From: Catajapyx aquilonaris
Lineage: Eukaryota
Direction of reading: 5' to 3'
Assembly (NCBI GenBank): GCA_000934665.2
Contig: KZ538297.1
Coordinates: forward strand, 1-64,000
Length of the DNA: 64,000 nucleotides
Below the pieces are notes generated by a model. That model had not been told where the DNA came from. It did no database searches and worked only from the letters and a program-made list of their open reading frames with translations. Both the position numbers and the translations under genes were made by a program. Position 1 is the stretch's first letter, and every line of letters starts with the position of its first letter. Shown piece by piece: positions 36,831 through 49,274 of this stretch.

Positions 36831-39800
36831 GCGCACCCACACTCGCGCAGCTCCACATTGTTCTGATAACAACTATATTTGTCAGAGTGACTCACCAAGG
36901 GCCCGAAATAATAATTAACAATAAAGTAACTAGTAGAACAAATAATAGTAATAAATAACATTTATCACAAGAGGAATAAAAATATTATTTGTTTTGTTTT
37001 TATGAGCTCAATTTAAAATGAACGCAGATGGCAACAACCGCGAAAGTGGATGAGTAGTGGAGCCAATGTTGCAGTTGCCATATAACAGATTTGGGCAAAA
37101 ATAATAATTAATATTTAAATAAATAAATAAAATAAACTAATATATAAAATATCAATAATGATAAAGAATAACAAATGGTTTATTTTATTCTTTATTAATA
37201 TTTTATTATTTGTTTTATTATTCCCCCTATGATTAATGGTACAAAAGTTTTTTTCTCAGGAGACCGGGGCACAGTTGGCAGGAGCATGGCAGTGACTTCT
37301 TACACGAGGTACCAGATGAAAAAGATTTGGCGGTTTTTTCGATTTTTTAAAATGGAAAGGTCCACTGTGCCCCAGTCTCCCCTATACCATTAAAATAATA
37401 ATAAATCAACAACTAAATATTAATAAGGAATAATATTGCAATATTAATGATATAATAAGTAAGAATATATTCATGAAAATAATATATTTTTGAATAACTA
37501 TTAAAAATAATGATGAATTAATAAGATATTTTGAATAACTATTTAAAAGTAATGAAGAATTAATAAATTAAATAATGATGAAATAATAAAATATTGACGA
37601 AAAGATAAATATTAATGAAATATTGACCAAAATATTAGTAATAAAATATCGATGAAAAGATAAATATTAATAATATAGTAATAAGGTAAATCGTAAGCCA
37701 ATAATAGGAAATAAATTACAATTGATAATATAGGTAATCAATATTAATAATTCGCACCTGTATAGCCTCTAAGGTTCGTTCCAAATAAGCCTCGGCAACG
37801 TCCCAAACGTCGTCCATTTTGTCCCTCCCTCCAAGCGTAGTGTTGGAAATAAGTGCAAGCGCAGTATACACCCACTATACATACTTTGTCAGCAAAGCAT
37901 TGATAATGCCAACCGTGCAAACTGCGCGAACTGTGGTGCGCCGTTGCGCTCGTAAAAAATTCATCCAGTTTAGTAATAAATATTATGCATAATGATCTAT
38001 AATATGGCTGTTGTGTTGTATAATGGTTGTATTGCTCAATTTCGTCCCCCCGTCCAAACCGATTGAGATTCCGGCAGTGTCGTAGCTATACGTCGCCCCC
38101 CAGTCGGCGCGACAACAATTATATCCTCCTGCGCCAATCAGAGTAAAACACAATAAACCCCCCCAATCCGACCATATACTGACTTGTGAAAAGGCACAGC
38201 CAAATGGACAGAAGGAACCTTCTTGTTTCACTGCCCATCAGGCTATAATTGACTGGAAAAGGGTCATCCTCCTCCTCAACCGACCCCATGTCACACCTTA
38301 TATACCCCCCCTCACCCAGCAGTGTGTGTGCGCTAAGTGACTGATGGGTGTGGCCTAATAAAACGACCACAAAAATCAGGACTTGCTTTCGCAGCCGGGT
38401 CGTAACGAGACTAATGGAGAGACGACTACTGCAGCTATAGATGACTTATTCACTTCACTTGGTCCCAACCCGCGACCCAACGTCGCCAGCATCGCGCTGC
38501 TGACCCGGACGCCCACCCATGCTGTAATAGACTTGGCTTATTACAATGCAAAAAGAGAGCCTGCCGCGGGAACAAAAACCCTGATTTGTGATTGTGATGC
38601 CTCGATCAACCCTCGCCACTTCACAAATCCCACGACAAGAAGCACCTCCAGATGAATCGCAACCGAGTGCGCACCACAGTTCGCGCAGAGTGCACGGTTG
38701 GAATTATCAATGAAATCTGTGAACTTATTTCCAACGCTACTCTTCGGAGGAGGAGGAGGGAAAATGGCGGACGTTTGCAACGTTGCCGTGGCTTTGGAAC
38801 GAACCTCAGAAGCTGCTGATGTGAATTATTATTATTTATTGTTTATTAATATCATTTTATATTAATATATTATTTATGAGATGTTATTATTATTTTCTAT
38901 TGATATATTATTTCCTGTTTATTAATATTATTTTCTCTTAGTATATTATTTATTATTTATTAATATCATTTTCTATTAATATATTATTTATTAATATCAT
39001 TTTCTATTAATATATTGTTTATTAATATCATTTTCTATAAATATATTATTTATTAATATCATTTTCTATTAATATACTATTTATTAATATCATTTTCTAT
39101 TAATATACTATTTATTAATATCATTTTCTATTAATATATTGTTTATTAATATCGTTTTCTATTAATATATTGTTTATTAATATCATTTTCTATTAATATG
39201 TTATTTGTGAGATGTTATTATTTTCTATTGATATATTATTACCTGTTTATTAATATTATTTATTGTTTATTAATATCATTTTCTATTAATATATTATTTA
39301 TGAGATGTTGTCATTATTTTCAATTAATATATTATTATTCTTATCTATCAATATTATACATTATTATTTTCCGTTATTATTTATGTTAATAGTATTGCTT
39401 ATCTTAATATTATTTTTCTGTTACAGTAATCTATATTATTTACTCATATCATTATTTATCTACATTGTTTATTAATATTATCTATTAATATTAATAAGTG
39501 TGTATATTATTATAGTGTTTATTATTAATTAATTAATAAATATTATCTGTTAATATTAATATGTCTGTATATTATTAGTGTTTATTATTATTTATTAATT
39601 GTTAATATTATCTATTAATATTAATAAGTGTTTATTACTATAAATGTATTTATGGTTAATATTCTCAATTTATTTTATTTGGTAAATTTTTATGATACGG
39701 TATGTTAATATCATTATCAATTGAAGGGCTCCATGGAAGAAGGGGGTAACTAGATATTATTTATATGTTAATGTCATTATTATATTATTTTATAGGCTAA

Positions 39801-39920
39801 TATTATCTATTATATTATATATGTGTCTATATCATTATTGGTATTATTTCGGCCCCTAGAGATGTAGTAGCTCTGACACCTTTGTTATCAGAACGTTGGA
39901 GCTGCGCGAGTGTGGGTGCG
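36831..39920. mobile_element. ~3.1 kb foldback-like composite: two inverted, AT-expanded arms around a ~700 bp spacer
   Basis: GCGCACCCACACTCGCGCAGCTCC at 36831 is inverted at ~39897-39920; 37770-37950 is inverted at 38660-38815; AT-rich arms include a 31-bp minisatellite (38955-39300) and a small MITE (37259-37383). Confidence 0.75.
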
Positions 39921-40920
39921 CACTAGTTCTCTGCCCTAAACTGTCATGGCGGACATGTCGATCTCTCTCTTTTTAAAAAAAAAAAACATTTGGGAATTGC
40001 GGTCGGGTCCCCCCAAAAAATGCTTTACAAATTCTTCCAAAGATATTCTTCCGTCTCCTAAAGACTCCTTTTGGTCCATCATCAACTCCACACAGCATCA
40101 TCACCATCCCAGCCCCCTGCATCCCAGAATGACGAGTCCCAGTGTTTAATCGGAGGAAGGCCCTCCCCCACAAGAATAACTCCTTCAACGAGAGAGACAC
40201 ACGCACCAAGGCACGAGCACAAAAACCAACAATAATTATTAGCACTCGGACCGATGCTCAAACAATGGGAAGGGGGAAAATAAAGAAAGATCGGAATATT
40301 TTACCACCACAACAATAACAATCGCCACTTTTCATATTATTATTGTCCTGCAAAAAATGAGGTCGAGGAGGAGGGCGCCTCGTTCTCTAATAATAATAAT
40401 ATATTCTCTCGAACCATAGACAGAGAGGACCCATGCCCACACAGCACACACAATAAGCGACGTGCAAACAAATCATTTCTTCTTTTTTTTTAAAAAAAAA
40501 AAAAAGGAAAAAGGTCCCAGCACAATTATCACTTATTGCTCAATTAACCTGGCAATGATGCGCACCTATTCTGCGAACAACAATTAGTCTTTATTTGCAC
40601 ACATCAGGGAAGGAAAGGTCGCAACCTTTTTTTTTTTTTTGCGATAACAATACCTTGTTATTCTCCCCCGATTCGGGTTTCGACAGCTACCAACAATGGC
40701 AGCTAATTAAGGAGGAGAACTGGAAATAGGATTGTTTGCTCTAGAAACCTTTTAATTAAGCAAAAATAAAATGTAATCGAAACTGGTTGTGTTAGCAACG
40801 TGGCAAACAAACACAGACCAACACAGGGATTGGAACTGGTTGTGGTTTCAGTACATTTCGGCTTCTTCCGCGTGCAGGAGGGGGGGTCAAAGGTCAAGGT
40901 CCATCGAGAAGGTCACAACA

Positions 40921-42074
40921 ATGCAGGGGACAGACTGGGAGTCTCTGTACCTGCAGAGCATTGGATTCAAAAGCATGTGTGGGGCAGCAGGCTCAGGTAC
41001 ATGTCCATTAACTAACTGCGATTAGGTTCCAGTAACGTCGTTGCATTGTTGCAGAGTGTCGGGGTGTGTACCCTTCAGCCACATCCGGATTGCGGCATGC
41101 GACTAGAGCCGGTACATACGACACCAACTATCCCCATGGGTACCCGCCTTGCAGCGACAAGCAGTGCTACTACCTTAGCCGTACGTACATTGATATGCGG
41201 TGTAGCAGGAACACCCTTTTAATGACCTACAAGTCTATCCGCATTAGACAAAGCGACGGTCGAGCGGACGACACCGCCAGTACCGTTCGTGACAACCTGC
41301 AGGAGGCACGACCAGGAAGACCCGAACTGCTACCTGTCCGCCGGCACAGGCATACCAACGTGCGAGGACCAGGACGACGACCCGTGCATCAACAGCAGGT
41401 GCGTCGTATCCTGGACACCCACCACGAACTGCCCACTGCGGAAGCACCGGCACTACAACACCTTCTGCTGCGATCACGGAAACTACTCCAGGTACGCCAT
41501 CGCACCCTGGACATACATGGGATGCTAACAAGTTGACATTTGCAGATACGAGAAGACACCGAGCCCGCAGCATCGGTCTGGACTGAACAACTCTCTGGAC
41601 CAGTGCCGTCCAGCCCGGATACCCAGACCATGCGAGGACAGCTGCCACCGTCCACCAGCAGTGATCAGCGCAAAGAGTATGTGTCCGCCACATGGCGAGT
41701 GCGGTACATGGATTCCATGGAGGTTCCCGGACGCTCCCGAGCCAGGCCGGCAGACACTGGGGGGACCGGTCCCCGTACCCAGAGAGCCCCCGCTGTACCC
41801 TTGCAACATATCGGACGGTCATGTGGTATACAGGCGAGACGCGTTGCAGGCTCCTGCGACCTTCTGGGGCGCCTCGGCCCAACAGGTCAAGGGTCAGCCC
41901 AACGGTTACCCGGGGTCGACCCCGTTCAGGAACCACCGGCGAAGGATGCCGTACCCAAGCGCAGTGAACCACCTCCACTCTGAGTTCAACCCGCTACCGC
42001 CGCTCAAGTACCACCACTACAAGATGCCCAAGAGGGAAGGCACCGTCCGACCCAACCTTCTCTGGTCACCCTAA
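40921..42074 (+). CDS. unrecognised Cys/Pro/His/Tyr-rich protein, 4 exons (40921-40996, 41055-41180, 41248-41491, 41546-42074), ~324 aa
   Basis: Three short GT-AG introns (58, 67, 54 nt) join into one open frame; GC-rich coding-like sequence; AATAAA at 42118. Confidence 0.75.
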
Positions 42075-42152
42075 CCTATGACCCCTCCCCCCGCCTGACA
42101 CAAAATTTACAGTCTCAATAAATTCACATGAATTTTAATTCGGCGTCACAGT

Positions 42153-42813
42153 TCACTTAGATCCGGACACAAGCCAATCCAGCTCGTAGTGCGGCTCAAC
42201 GGGAAGGGTGCTGTAGTGTCGGAACGGGTGCTGCCAGTCCCGGTAGTACGTGACGCCTGTGGTCTTCCGAGCGTTCTGATGCCAGTATGTGTACGGCGGT
42301 TCGTGGTACAGCGACATGCTGCGGGCCTGAAATAATTTCATTAGTACATGGTAATTGCATGTGACATTATCGGCTCACCTGATGCAAGTTCTTCATACTG
42401 GGTATGGGCAGCAAGTACGGGTTCGGTATAGGGGCGACGGTGGTCAGCAGTCCTGGGACCATCACATCCGGGTAGTCCATCCCATGGTAGGGCATCGTCT
42501 GTGGTGCAGGTGGCCTCGGAGGCAGTCGGGCCTTCTGGAAAGGAGCGAATGCGTTGACCTCCACCATTCTGCCGGCCGGGACGGTCAACCCCAGGATGGT
42601 CCCTTTGCCGATTGGTCCTGCGATGGCCTGCAGGGTTGCCGGGGCCTCCTCGTAGCACCCCAACTGCGGACGGGTCCCAACCAGCAGGTGGGCACCGCAC
42701 AGCCCACGGCACGCCCCCTCCTGGATGTACTCCCTGCCGTACATACAGTTGGGGTACGAAGCCATCGGGTTCTTAGGGCACCCGCACTCATACGCAGAAC
42801 GCAATCGGGCCAT
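42153..42813 (-). CDS. unrecognised Pro/Tyr/Cys-rich protein, 2 exons (42813-42379, 42326-42153), ~202 aa
   Basis: ATG in AAAATGG context; 52-nt GTGAGC...TTTCAG intron in frame; ATTAAA on the minus strand at 42139-42134. Confidence 0.75.
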
Positions 42814-43159
42814 TTTGACAAGCTTCAAAAAAAAATTTAGCTACCTTCTAATAACGAGTAGTTCCAACCAGCCGAACCATGGAAACCATTGTTTACAGAT
42901 GCCAAAATAGCATGAATGACAGGTTTTGGCTCAGGTTGGAAAACGTGGGCGACGCGACCACAGGCATTTCACCCAGCTATGAACATAAACCTCATCCTTC
43001 CGTCTCGGGAGCTATTTCAAGATATGTTTTGAAAACACAAGCCGAGCAGATCTGCTCACCGAATGACGGGCAACGCCTTAAAAACTGACCACAGATTGTA
43101 CAGTGACCAGAACAGTTTTATTGACACTACAATATTATTCAACAGCGCATACTATCGCG

Positions 43160-45646
43160 TTAAGCCCAGAGGCTGAGGTTGGCCCTCCGAGCAAAGTCCT
43201 TGTACGAATTGTGGGCGTAGTATTCCCCAAATGTCGGGAAGGGGATGGCCAGGTCATCATCAGATATGCTCCTGAACACCGGCTCTCCGTACAGCGTGCC
43301 CACGTCCCATCCAGGCACATCCTTCATCAGATCAGCCTCCACCTCACGGTTACGTCGCAGATGCTTCAGAAACCTGTCGCAAAAATATTTCAATAAGGCC
43401 ACTGCAGTTCCTAAAAAAACGAATCTGTCAGCAGGCAGCAAAAACACACCCCAAGAAATTCCTTCCCGTTTTTCCCTCCGTCTTTCCTCACCCCTTTTAT
43501 ATATAAACCTGTGAGGAAAACAATCTCGGGAGGAAGGAATGCGGATTCCAAATACCGGTCACCTCCACACATTTCCGGTGCCTGCAGGGTACCTGCAACC
43601 CTTCACAGGAATTGCTCAATGCATGTAACCCTTACCCTTGAGATTCCTTTTTTCGAAAACGTGCAGCTACGGTTTGCGGGAAAAGGACCGTTACAGACCA
43701 GGGAAACTTACATGCGGTCCCGTTCGGCATACATGAACGGCTGGAGGGCTAGATCCGAGCTTCTCATCTCGACGGCCTGGCGATGAATTTTCTTGTAAGT
43801 GAGCCAGTACACGTAGCAAGCCGCGGCCGTCATTCCAGCAAACCCCAGGAACATTGTGTACCCTGCAACGAACACTCGCATCAAAATCGGTTTAAACACA
43901 TAAACCATGTTGTACCGCTCCATTTATTTTGAAGATCTGAATAATGACCCGTTTGCATACGAGCGATTTGACCAACGATACGCAGCATTGTTTGCTTCCA
44001 AAACGCGATCGCTACTTTTGGACACATCGCTCGCATGTAAACGTGGCATTAAACAACATGATCCCCAGCATGTGAAGCTGACAAAAAAGTTGGCCGAATA
44101 TATAAAATGTGCTATTAGCTTTCAATGCGAATTAAAGTCGTCTTATTACATTTACATGTACAGATCCCTTCCAAGTCAATCCGCAACAGCAATTACAGTG
44201 TTTATTAATTTTTATTATTATTGTACTGTATGTTAACCCTGTAATGCCCACTGGGTCATATCTGGCACACAATTTAGTGCAATTTTTGCAATTTTTATAT
44301 TTCCTGTAAGTGCCGAATTGCACTAAATGGTGTGCCAGATATGACCCAAGGGGCATTACAGGGTTAACTAATTACTGTGTTTATTAATTTTTATTGTACT
44401 GTACGTGAACTAATTACTATATTTATTAAGTTGATTGTACTGTACGTAAACTAGTGTTTATTAATATTTATTGTACTGTATGTGAACTAATTACCGTGTT
44501 TATTAATTTTTATTGTATTGTATGTGAACTAATTACAATATTTATTAAGTTGATTGTACTTTATAATTGATATTAAGGAGGTTGGCCCAGCATTTGCCAT
44601 TCAACCTCCAAGGATAGGGAGGGAAGGAAGCGGCTGTGGCCTATTATACGGAAGCGACCCCGGAATTATCCTAGAAAGACCGTGGAAAACATCAGAAAAC
44701 CACGGCCAAGGTTGCCGGCCCCGGGATTCGAACCCAGGACCTCCCGATTAGCAGTCGGACGCCTTATCCACTATGCCAACCTGCTTCGGAAGTTGATTGT
44801 ACTGTACGTGAACTAATTACAATATTTATTAAGTTGATTGTACTGTACGTGAACTAATTACAATATTTATAAAGTTGATTGTACTGTACGTGAACTAATT
44901 ACAGTATTTGTTACGTTTTATTGTACTGTACGTGAACTAATGAGTGTTTATTAAGTTTGTACTGTACGTAAACGAGTGTTTATTAATATTTATTGTACTG
45001 TATGTTAACTAGTGTTTATTAATATATATTGTACTGTATGTTAACTAGTGTTTATTAATATATATTGTACTGTATGTTAACTAGTGTTTATTAATATTTA
45101 TTGTACTGTACGTTAACTAATTAGTGTTTATTAATTTTTATTGTACTGTACATGGAAATGTAGTTATTGTACTGTACGTGAAATTAAGTTAATTAATTTC
45201 TATTGTACTGTACCGGTACGTGAAATGAAGATTTCCTTATGAAATACGACTAGTTACCAAAACCGCATGAGAGAGTAAAAATGTGCTAAAAATTCAGCCA
45301 AATGGGAACTAACATGCAGTGATAAATGTATGAAAATTTTCCATATTTATAACTGGTAACAACCAGGGTTATAAACACGTAATTTTAGGGGGCGACACTC
45401 CAGCTGACATTTTAATCCAACTTATTTCCAGGAAATGTTCTTATAGTGTTCCATTCCAATTTCCATTTCTTTGTCGTCCCCCCCATTGTTCCCACCCCTC
45501 CAGTCCTTCCGACCCTCTCTAGACCCGCTTGGATCCCTTCCATTACCGCTGAAGTACTGCCTGGCTGGTATCCTGGCGAAAGGGATGGAGCGATAGCCCC
45601 CAGAAGGAGGCATATCCTGCTTCGGCTTTGCCGTTGCGGACGCCAT
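43160..45646 (-). CDS. NDUFA13: NADH dehydrogenase 1 alpha subcomplex subunit 13 (GRIM-19/B16.6); exons 45646-45547, 43862-43712, 43373-43160; 154 aa
   Basis: KQDMPPSGGY..I.F.R; FSGYTMF transmembrane segment; ALQPFMYAERDR; LRRNRE.EA.LMKDVPGW.VG; splice phases consistent. Confidence 0.96.
44233..44367. mobile_element. piggyBac-like MITE
   Basis: TTAA-CCCTGTAATGCCC...GGGCATTACAGGG-TTAA; ~50-bp inverted arms. Confidence 0.88.
44561..44789 (-). mobile_element. tRNA-derived SINE (family A)
   Basis: Homologous to 10070-10252; B box GGTTCGAATCCC; flanked by AAGTTGATTGTACT on both sides. Confidence 0.82.
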
Positions 45647-45698
45647 CTTGGCCAGCAGATCGGCCAGTTTCACACCATCAAGTACACGGATGCCATGG

Positions 45699-45709
45699 TG
45701 CGCATGCGT
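45699..45709. promoter_or_regulatory. NRF1/Ewg-type palindrome TGCGCATGCG in the NDUFA13 / Myb-like bidirectional promoter
   Basis: Consensus match ~55 bp upstream of the NDUFA13 ATG; NRF1 is an established regulator of respiratory-chain genes in vertebrates. Confidence 0.5.
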
Positions 45710-46132
45710 CGTACGATCTCAGGGGCTACTAGAAGGTGTAATCCAGAATGGTAGCCAACATACGGAATCGAACGTGCGAATCCGTAAAATGTTTACAAAT
45801 ATAAGTAGCGTACAGTAGTTTGCTAATTAATTTAACTTAAATGTGGATCGTACGAACGGTTAACGCGATGGTTTTGGCTACCCGGACGTACCGTATCCGC
45901 TACTGTAATAGCGTCGTCTGTAGCGTCGTCGGCGTCGCCTATAGCGTCTATAGCCAGATGGCGTCGCCGCACGGTTAGCGTCCCAACGATAACCTCCCGT
46001 TAGCCCAACACGAACGCTAACGAACAAACTAACGAATACCGTATCAAGCCTACCGTATTTACCTGTGGCGGTAAGTTCAATTTGGCCCCAAAATATAATT
46101 GTCAATTAATGACAGGCCAATTAGCCAACAGC

Positions 46133-46888
46133 ATGTCCATGAGTATGTCCAACCAGCGTAAGAACCCGGAGAGGATCCGGTTCCGTGTTGCGGACCAGAT
46201 GATGCTGCTGGAGCTGGTCCTGGAGCACAACCCGTTCGAGACGCCATCCAAGTGGGCGCAGGTTCAGGAGGAAATGTGCCGCAGGTGGGGGAAGCCCTTC
46301 TCAATACGGCTGTGCCGGGAGCATACGCACCACGTCCTGAAGCAGTTCAGGCGGGGCGACCTTCTCAACCTCCGGAAAGGGCTGAACACGGAGCAGAGCC
46401 TGGTGAAGGAGAGTATGCTGCGGCAGGCGGCCGCCATGGAGGACGCCTCCGGAAGGAACGGGAAGTTCGTGCCGTCAACCGCCATGGTGCCCGAGATCGC
46501 ATATGAAGATCCGGACGCATCCCTCACCGCAGACGGAAACAACCCAGACGGTAAGTTACATCACATCAAATCACCCGAACCTAACCGTGTTACCCACACA
46601 GTTGAAATGGATGAGAGCACGAAGCTGGAGAGATCCAGGTGGGATCACGAGATGGAGCTTCGCGAGCGTAAGATGACGCTGGAGGAAAACCAGCTGCAGC
46701 TTGAGCACGAAAAACTGAAGCTGGATATGGACCGGTTCCATCTGGAACAACTGGAGCGGAAGGCCAGGCTGGAGATGGAGCTGGAGGAGCGACGCCACCG
46801 GCTACGAATGGAGGAGAAGGCGGCGGAAGGAACGCAGCAGCTTAACAAAATGGTGTCGCTACTGCTGGAGAAACTAACTGACAAATGA
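46133..46888 (+). CDS. Myb/SANT-like N-terminal domain plus C-terminal coiled-coil protein; probable 51-nt intron 46551-46601
   Basis: RF...D.MLLELVLEHNPF....KW..V.......F..R.C.EH...L..F helical pattern; E/R/L-rich coiled coil; architecture resembles Harbinger-type accessory proteins. Confidence 0.7.
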   Translation: MSMSMSNQRKNPERIRFRVADQMMLLELVLEHNPFETPSKWAQVQEEMCRRWGKPFSIRLCREHTHHVLKQFRRGDLLNLRKGLNTEQSLVKESMLRQAAAMEDASGRNGKFVPSTAMVPEIAYEDPDASLTADGNNPDGKLHHIKSPEPNRVTHTVEMDESTKLERSRWDHEMELRERKMTLEENQLQLEHEKLKLDMDRFHLEQLERKARLEMELEERRHRLRMEEKAAEGTQQLNKMVSLLLEKLTDK

Positions 46889-47032
46889 TTAAATTGTGGT
46901 GTAACTAGTAATGGTTTATTAGCAAACGTCACAAATTAGACACTTACGGATCAGCCCAACAAGGCGTAGGAACAGGTGAGTCCAGCTTTTAATCGTTAAT
47001 TTAAGAATACAAAAAAAAGGACATGCCAGCGA

Positions 47033-49164
47033 TCACTCCTTCATCGACTCCTCCGTTGGTCCTTGTGCCTGCGGCGCCGTCGAATCCCTATCCTTCTTCT
47101 TAGATCCGGACACAATGTCGTCGATTCGAAGAAGCAGGATCGCAGTCTGAAAAACATGCGTTGTACTTCCTGGTTCATTACTGTGTACCGGCGGCTTACC
47201 TCAATCGCAGTCTTGTACGTCTGCAGTTTGACGGCAAGCGGCTCCCACACGCCCTTCTCGGCCATGTCAGCCAGCTCGCCACTCTCGCCATCGATGCCCC
47301 AAGTAGCCCCGCCGGTCGCATGCTTAGCCCTCAGTGCCGTCAAACTCCTAAGCGCGTTCCCGCCGCAATTGTGTGCAAGCGTACGCGGAATGACCTCCAG
47401 CGACTGAGCCAAAGCGCGGTATGGCCACTGCTCAACTCCAACCATCCCCTTCGCTTTCTGGCCCAATGCTTGCGCTACGGACATCTCTACAGCGCCGCCG
47501 CCTGGCACAAGTCGGGGGTTAAGCCGCAGGTTACGTGCCACATGCATCGCATCCTGCAGATTCCGCTCGACCTCCATCAGGATATCCTTAGACGGCCCAC
47601 GCAGCAGGATGGTGCAAGCTTTCGGCTCCTTGCAATCGACAACGAATGTGAAGTACTCATCGCCCAACTTGCGTACTTCGAACAGGCCAGCCTCTGTGCC
47701 AATATCCTCCTCGCGGATCTCCTCAGTGCGGCTGACAACCGTCGCGCCGCACGCCCTCCCGATGCGGTTGTTGTCGGTCTTCCTAACACGTCGAATTGCA
47801 GTGATTCCGGCCTGCACCAGATAATGCTGGGCCAGATCGGACACTCCCTTTTCCGTGAAGACGACATCGGGCTTAGCGCGAATGATGTCAGCGCAAACAC
47901 GCTGGACGTACTCCTCCTCGATTTGCAGGATCCGAGTGAAGTCATCCTCCTTCATGATCTCCACGTTGGTCTGTGAAAATACATATTGATAAGTCATATC
48001 GATGCGCATACTGACAGTACTCACCATGCTCTCGCCTTTCTTATACTCGAGCGAACAATCAAGCAGAAGGATCCGGGGGTTCTCGACCTTCCGCTTCATC
48101 TTCGGGTGGGTCACGTCCTTGTTCAGCATGACCCCCGATAGTACCTCGCAGTCGTCCAGTGTCCCGCCGGGTATCTTCTCCACCTTGGCGTACCGCTTGA
48201 TGTCGATTTCCTTCCTGTCGCCTTCCTCCAGGCTAACCTTCTTGACAGCCTCCAGGGCCATCCCGCACACCATCTTGGCCCACTTACCGGCCATCTTCGT
48301 CCCCAGGCAGCTGTTGACCACCTGGGTCACTCGATCGGTGTCGGTCAACTCCAGCGGGATTGAAACCTGCATTTGGAGGAAGCGGTGTAACCAGTGCGGA
48401 GTGAAACGGATTGTACACAGTACCTGTTCTGTAAGTATGTTGATAGCGTCCTCCAGTGCCTGCCTGTACGCCCGGATCAGCACAGTGGGATGCATCTGCT
48501 GCTGTAGAAACTGCTCCGCAACCGCCAGCACCTCCCCGGCCAGCACCACAACCGAGGTGGTCCCATCGCCCACCTCCTCGTCCTGCGTACGGGCGATCTC
48601 AATCAAGGTCTTGGCAGCCGGATGCTGCACCGTGATCTCCCGAAGAATAGCGTTCCCGTCGTTGGTCATCACAATCCCGCCCATGGGGTCCAGCAGCATC
48701 TTCAGCATAGCACGAGGCCCCAAGCATGTCCGAATCACATCCGCTATAGTCTGTAACAAATGGGATTTCAATAACCCAAAGCTTCGCACCGCAATTAGCC
48801 ATTTTGTGTAAGTCACAATTTTTACTTTTAAAAAAATATTTAGGCTAGGGCTGGTCAACGACCCGGGTCAAGCCGACCTGATGGGGGTTGTTCCATAACC
48901 ACCCTTATACGTTCATTCCGGCCCGTGTGTCTGCCCCTGGGCCAACCAACTGATGTTCCATCCGCCCCTGGGCGAGCCCCACCCACGTGCAATCCTCTCA
49001 CCTTTCCAGCCCTGATGTTGTCCGCCTGCACCTTCTTCCCCGACTCCCTCTTCACGTTCTGACCTGCAAAAGACGACGGATTAATCACCCTACGTGTTCC
49101 CCAGTGTTTGGTGGGCAAAGATGGACTTACTGAGCACGATAATCGGAGCCATTCCGCCTTGCAT
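47033..49164 (-). CDS. CCT3: T-complex protein 1 subunit gamma; exons 49164-49131, 49063-49002, 48750-48424, 48366-48025, 47970-47200, 47146-47033; ~549 aa
   Basis: IRTCLGPRAMLKMLLDPMGGIVMTNDGNAILREI, EVGDGTTSV, EIDIKRYAKVEKIPGG, LLLRIDDIVSG; all introns GT-AG and in frame. Confidence 0.97.
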
Positions 49165-49274
49165 TAGTGTGTGAGTCACGCTTTTTGTAGAATCGAACAC
49201 GCCTTCTTGTTCTCGAACTTTTCCTTGTTCGGAAAGGAAAGAGTTTCGTCCGGTTCCCACCAGGCGGCGACACC

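Larger units (their letters stand above)
44190..45225. repeat. ~36-40 bp AT-rich minisatellite in NDUFA13 intron 1, interrupted by a MITE and a SINE
   Basis: Unit GTGTTTATTAATATTTATTGTACTGTA(C/T)GT(G/T)AACTA repeated >15 times. Confidence 0.9.

Noticed and set aside
47041..48858. 605-aa single ORF as the CCT3 product
   Set aside because: It reads through two in-frame introns (57 and 54 nt) and misses the true first and last exons.
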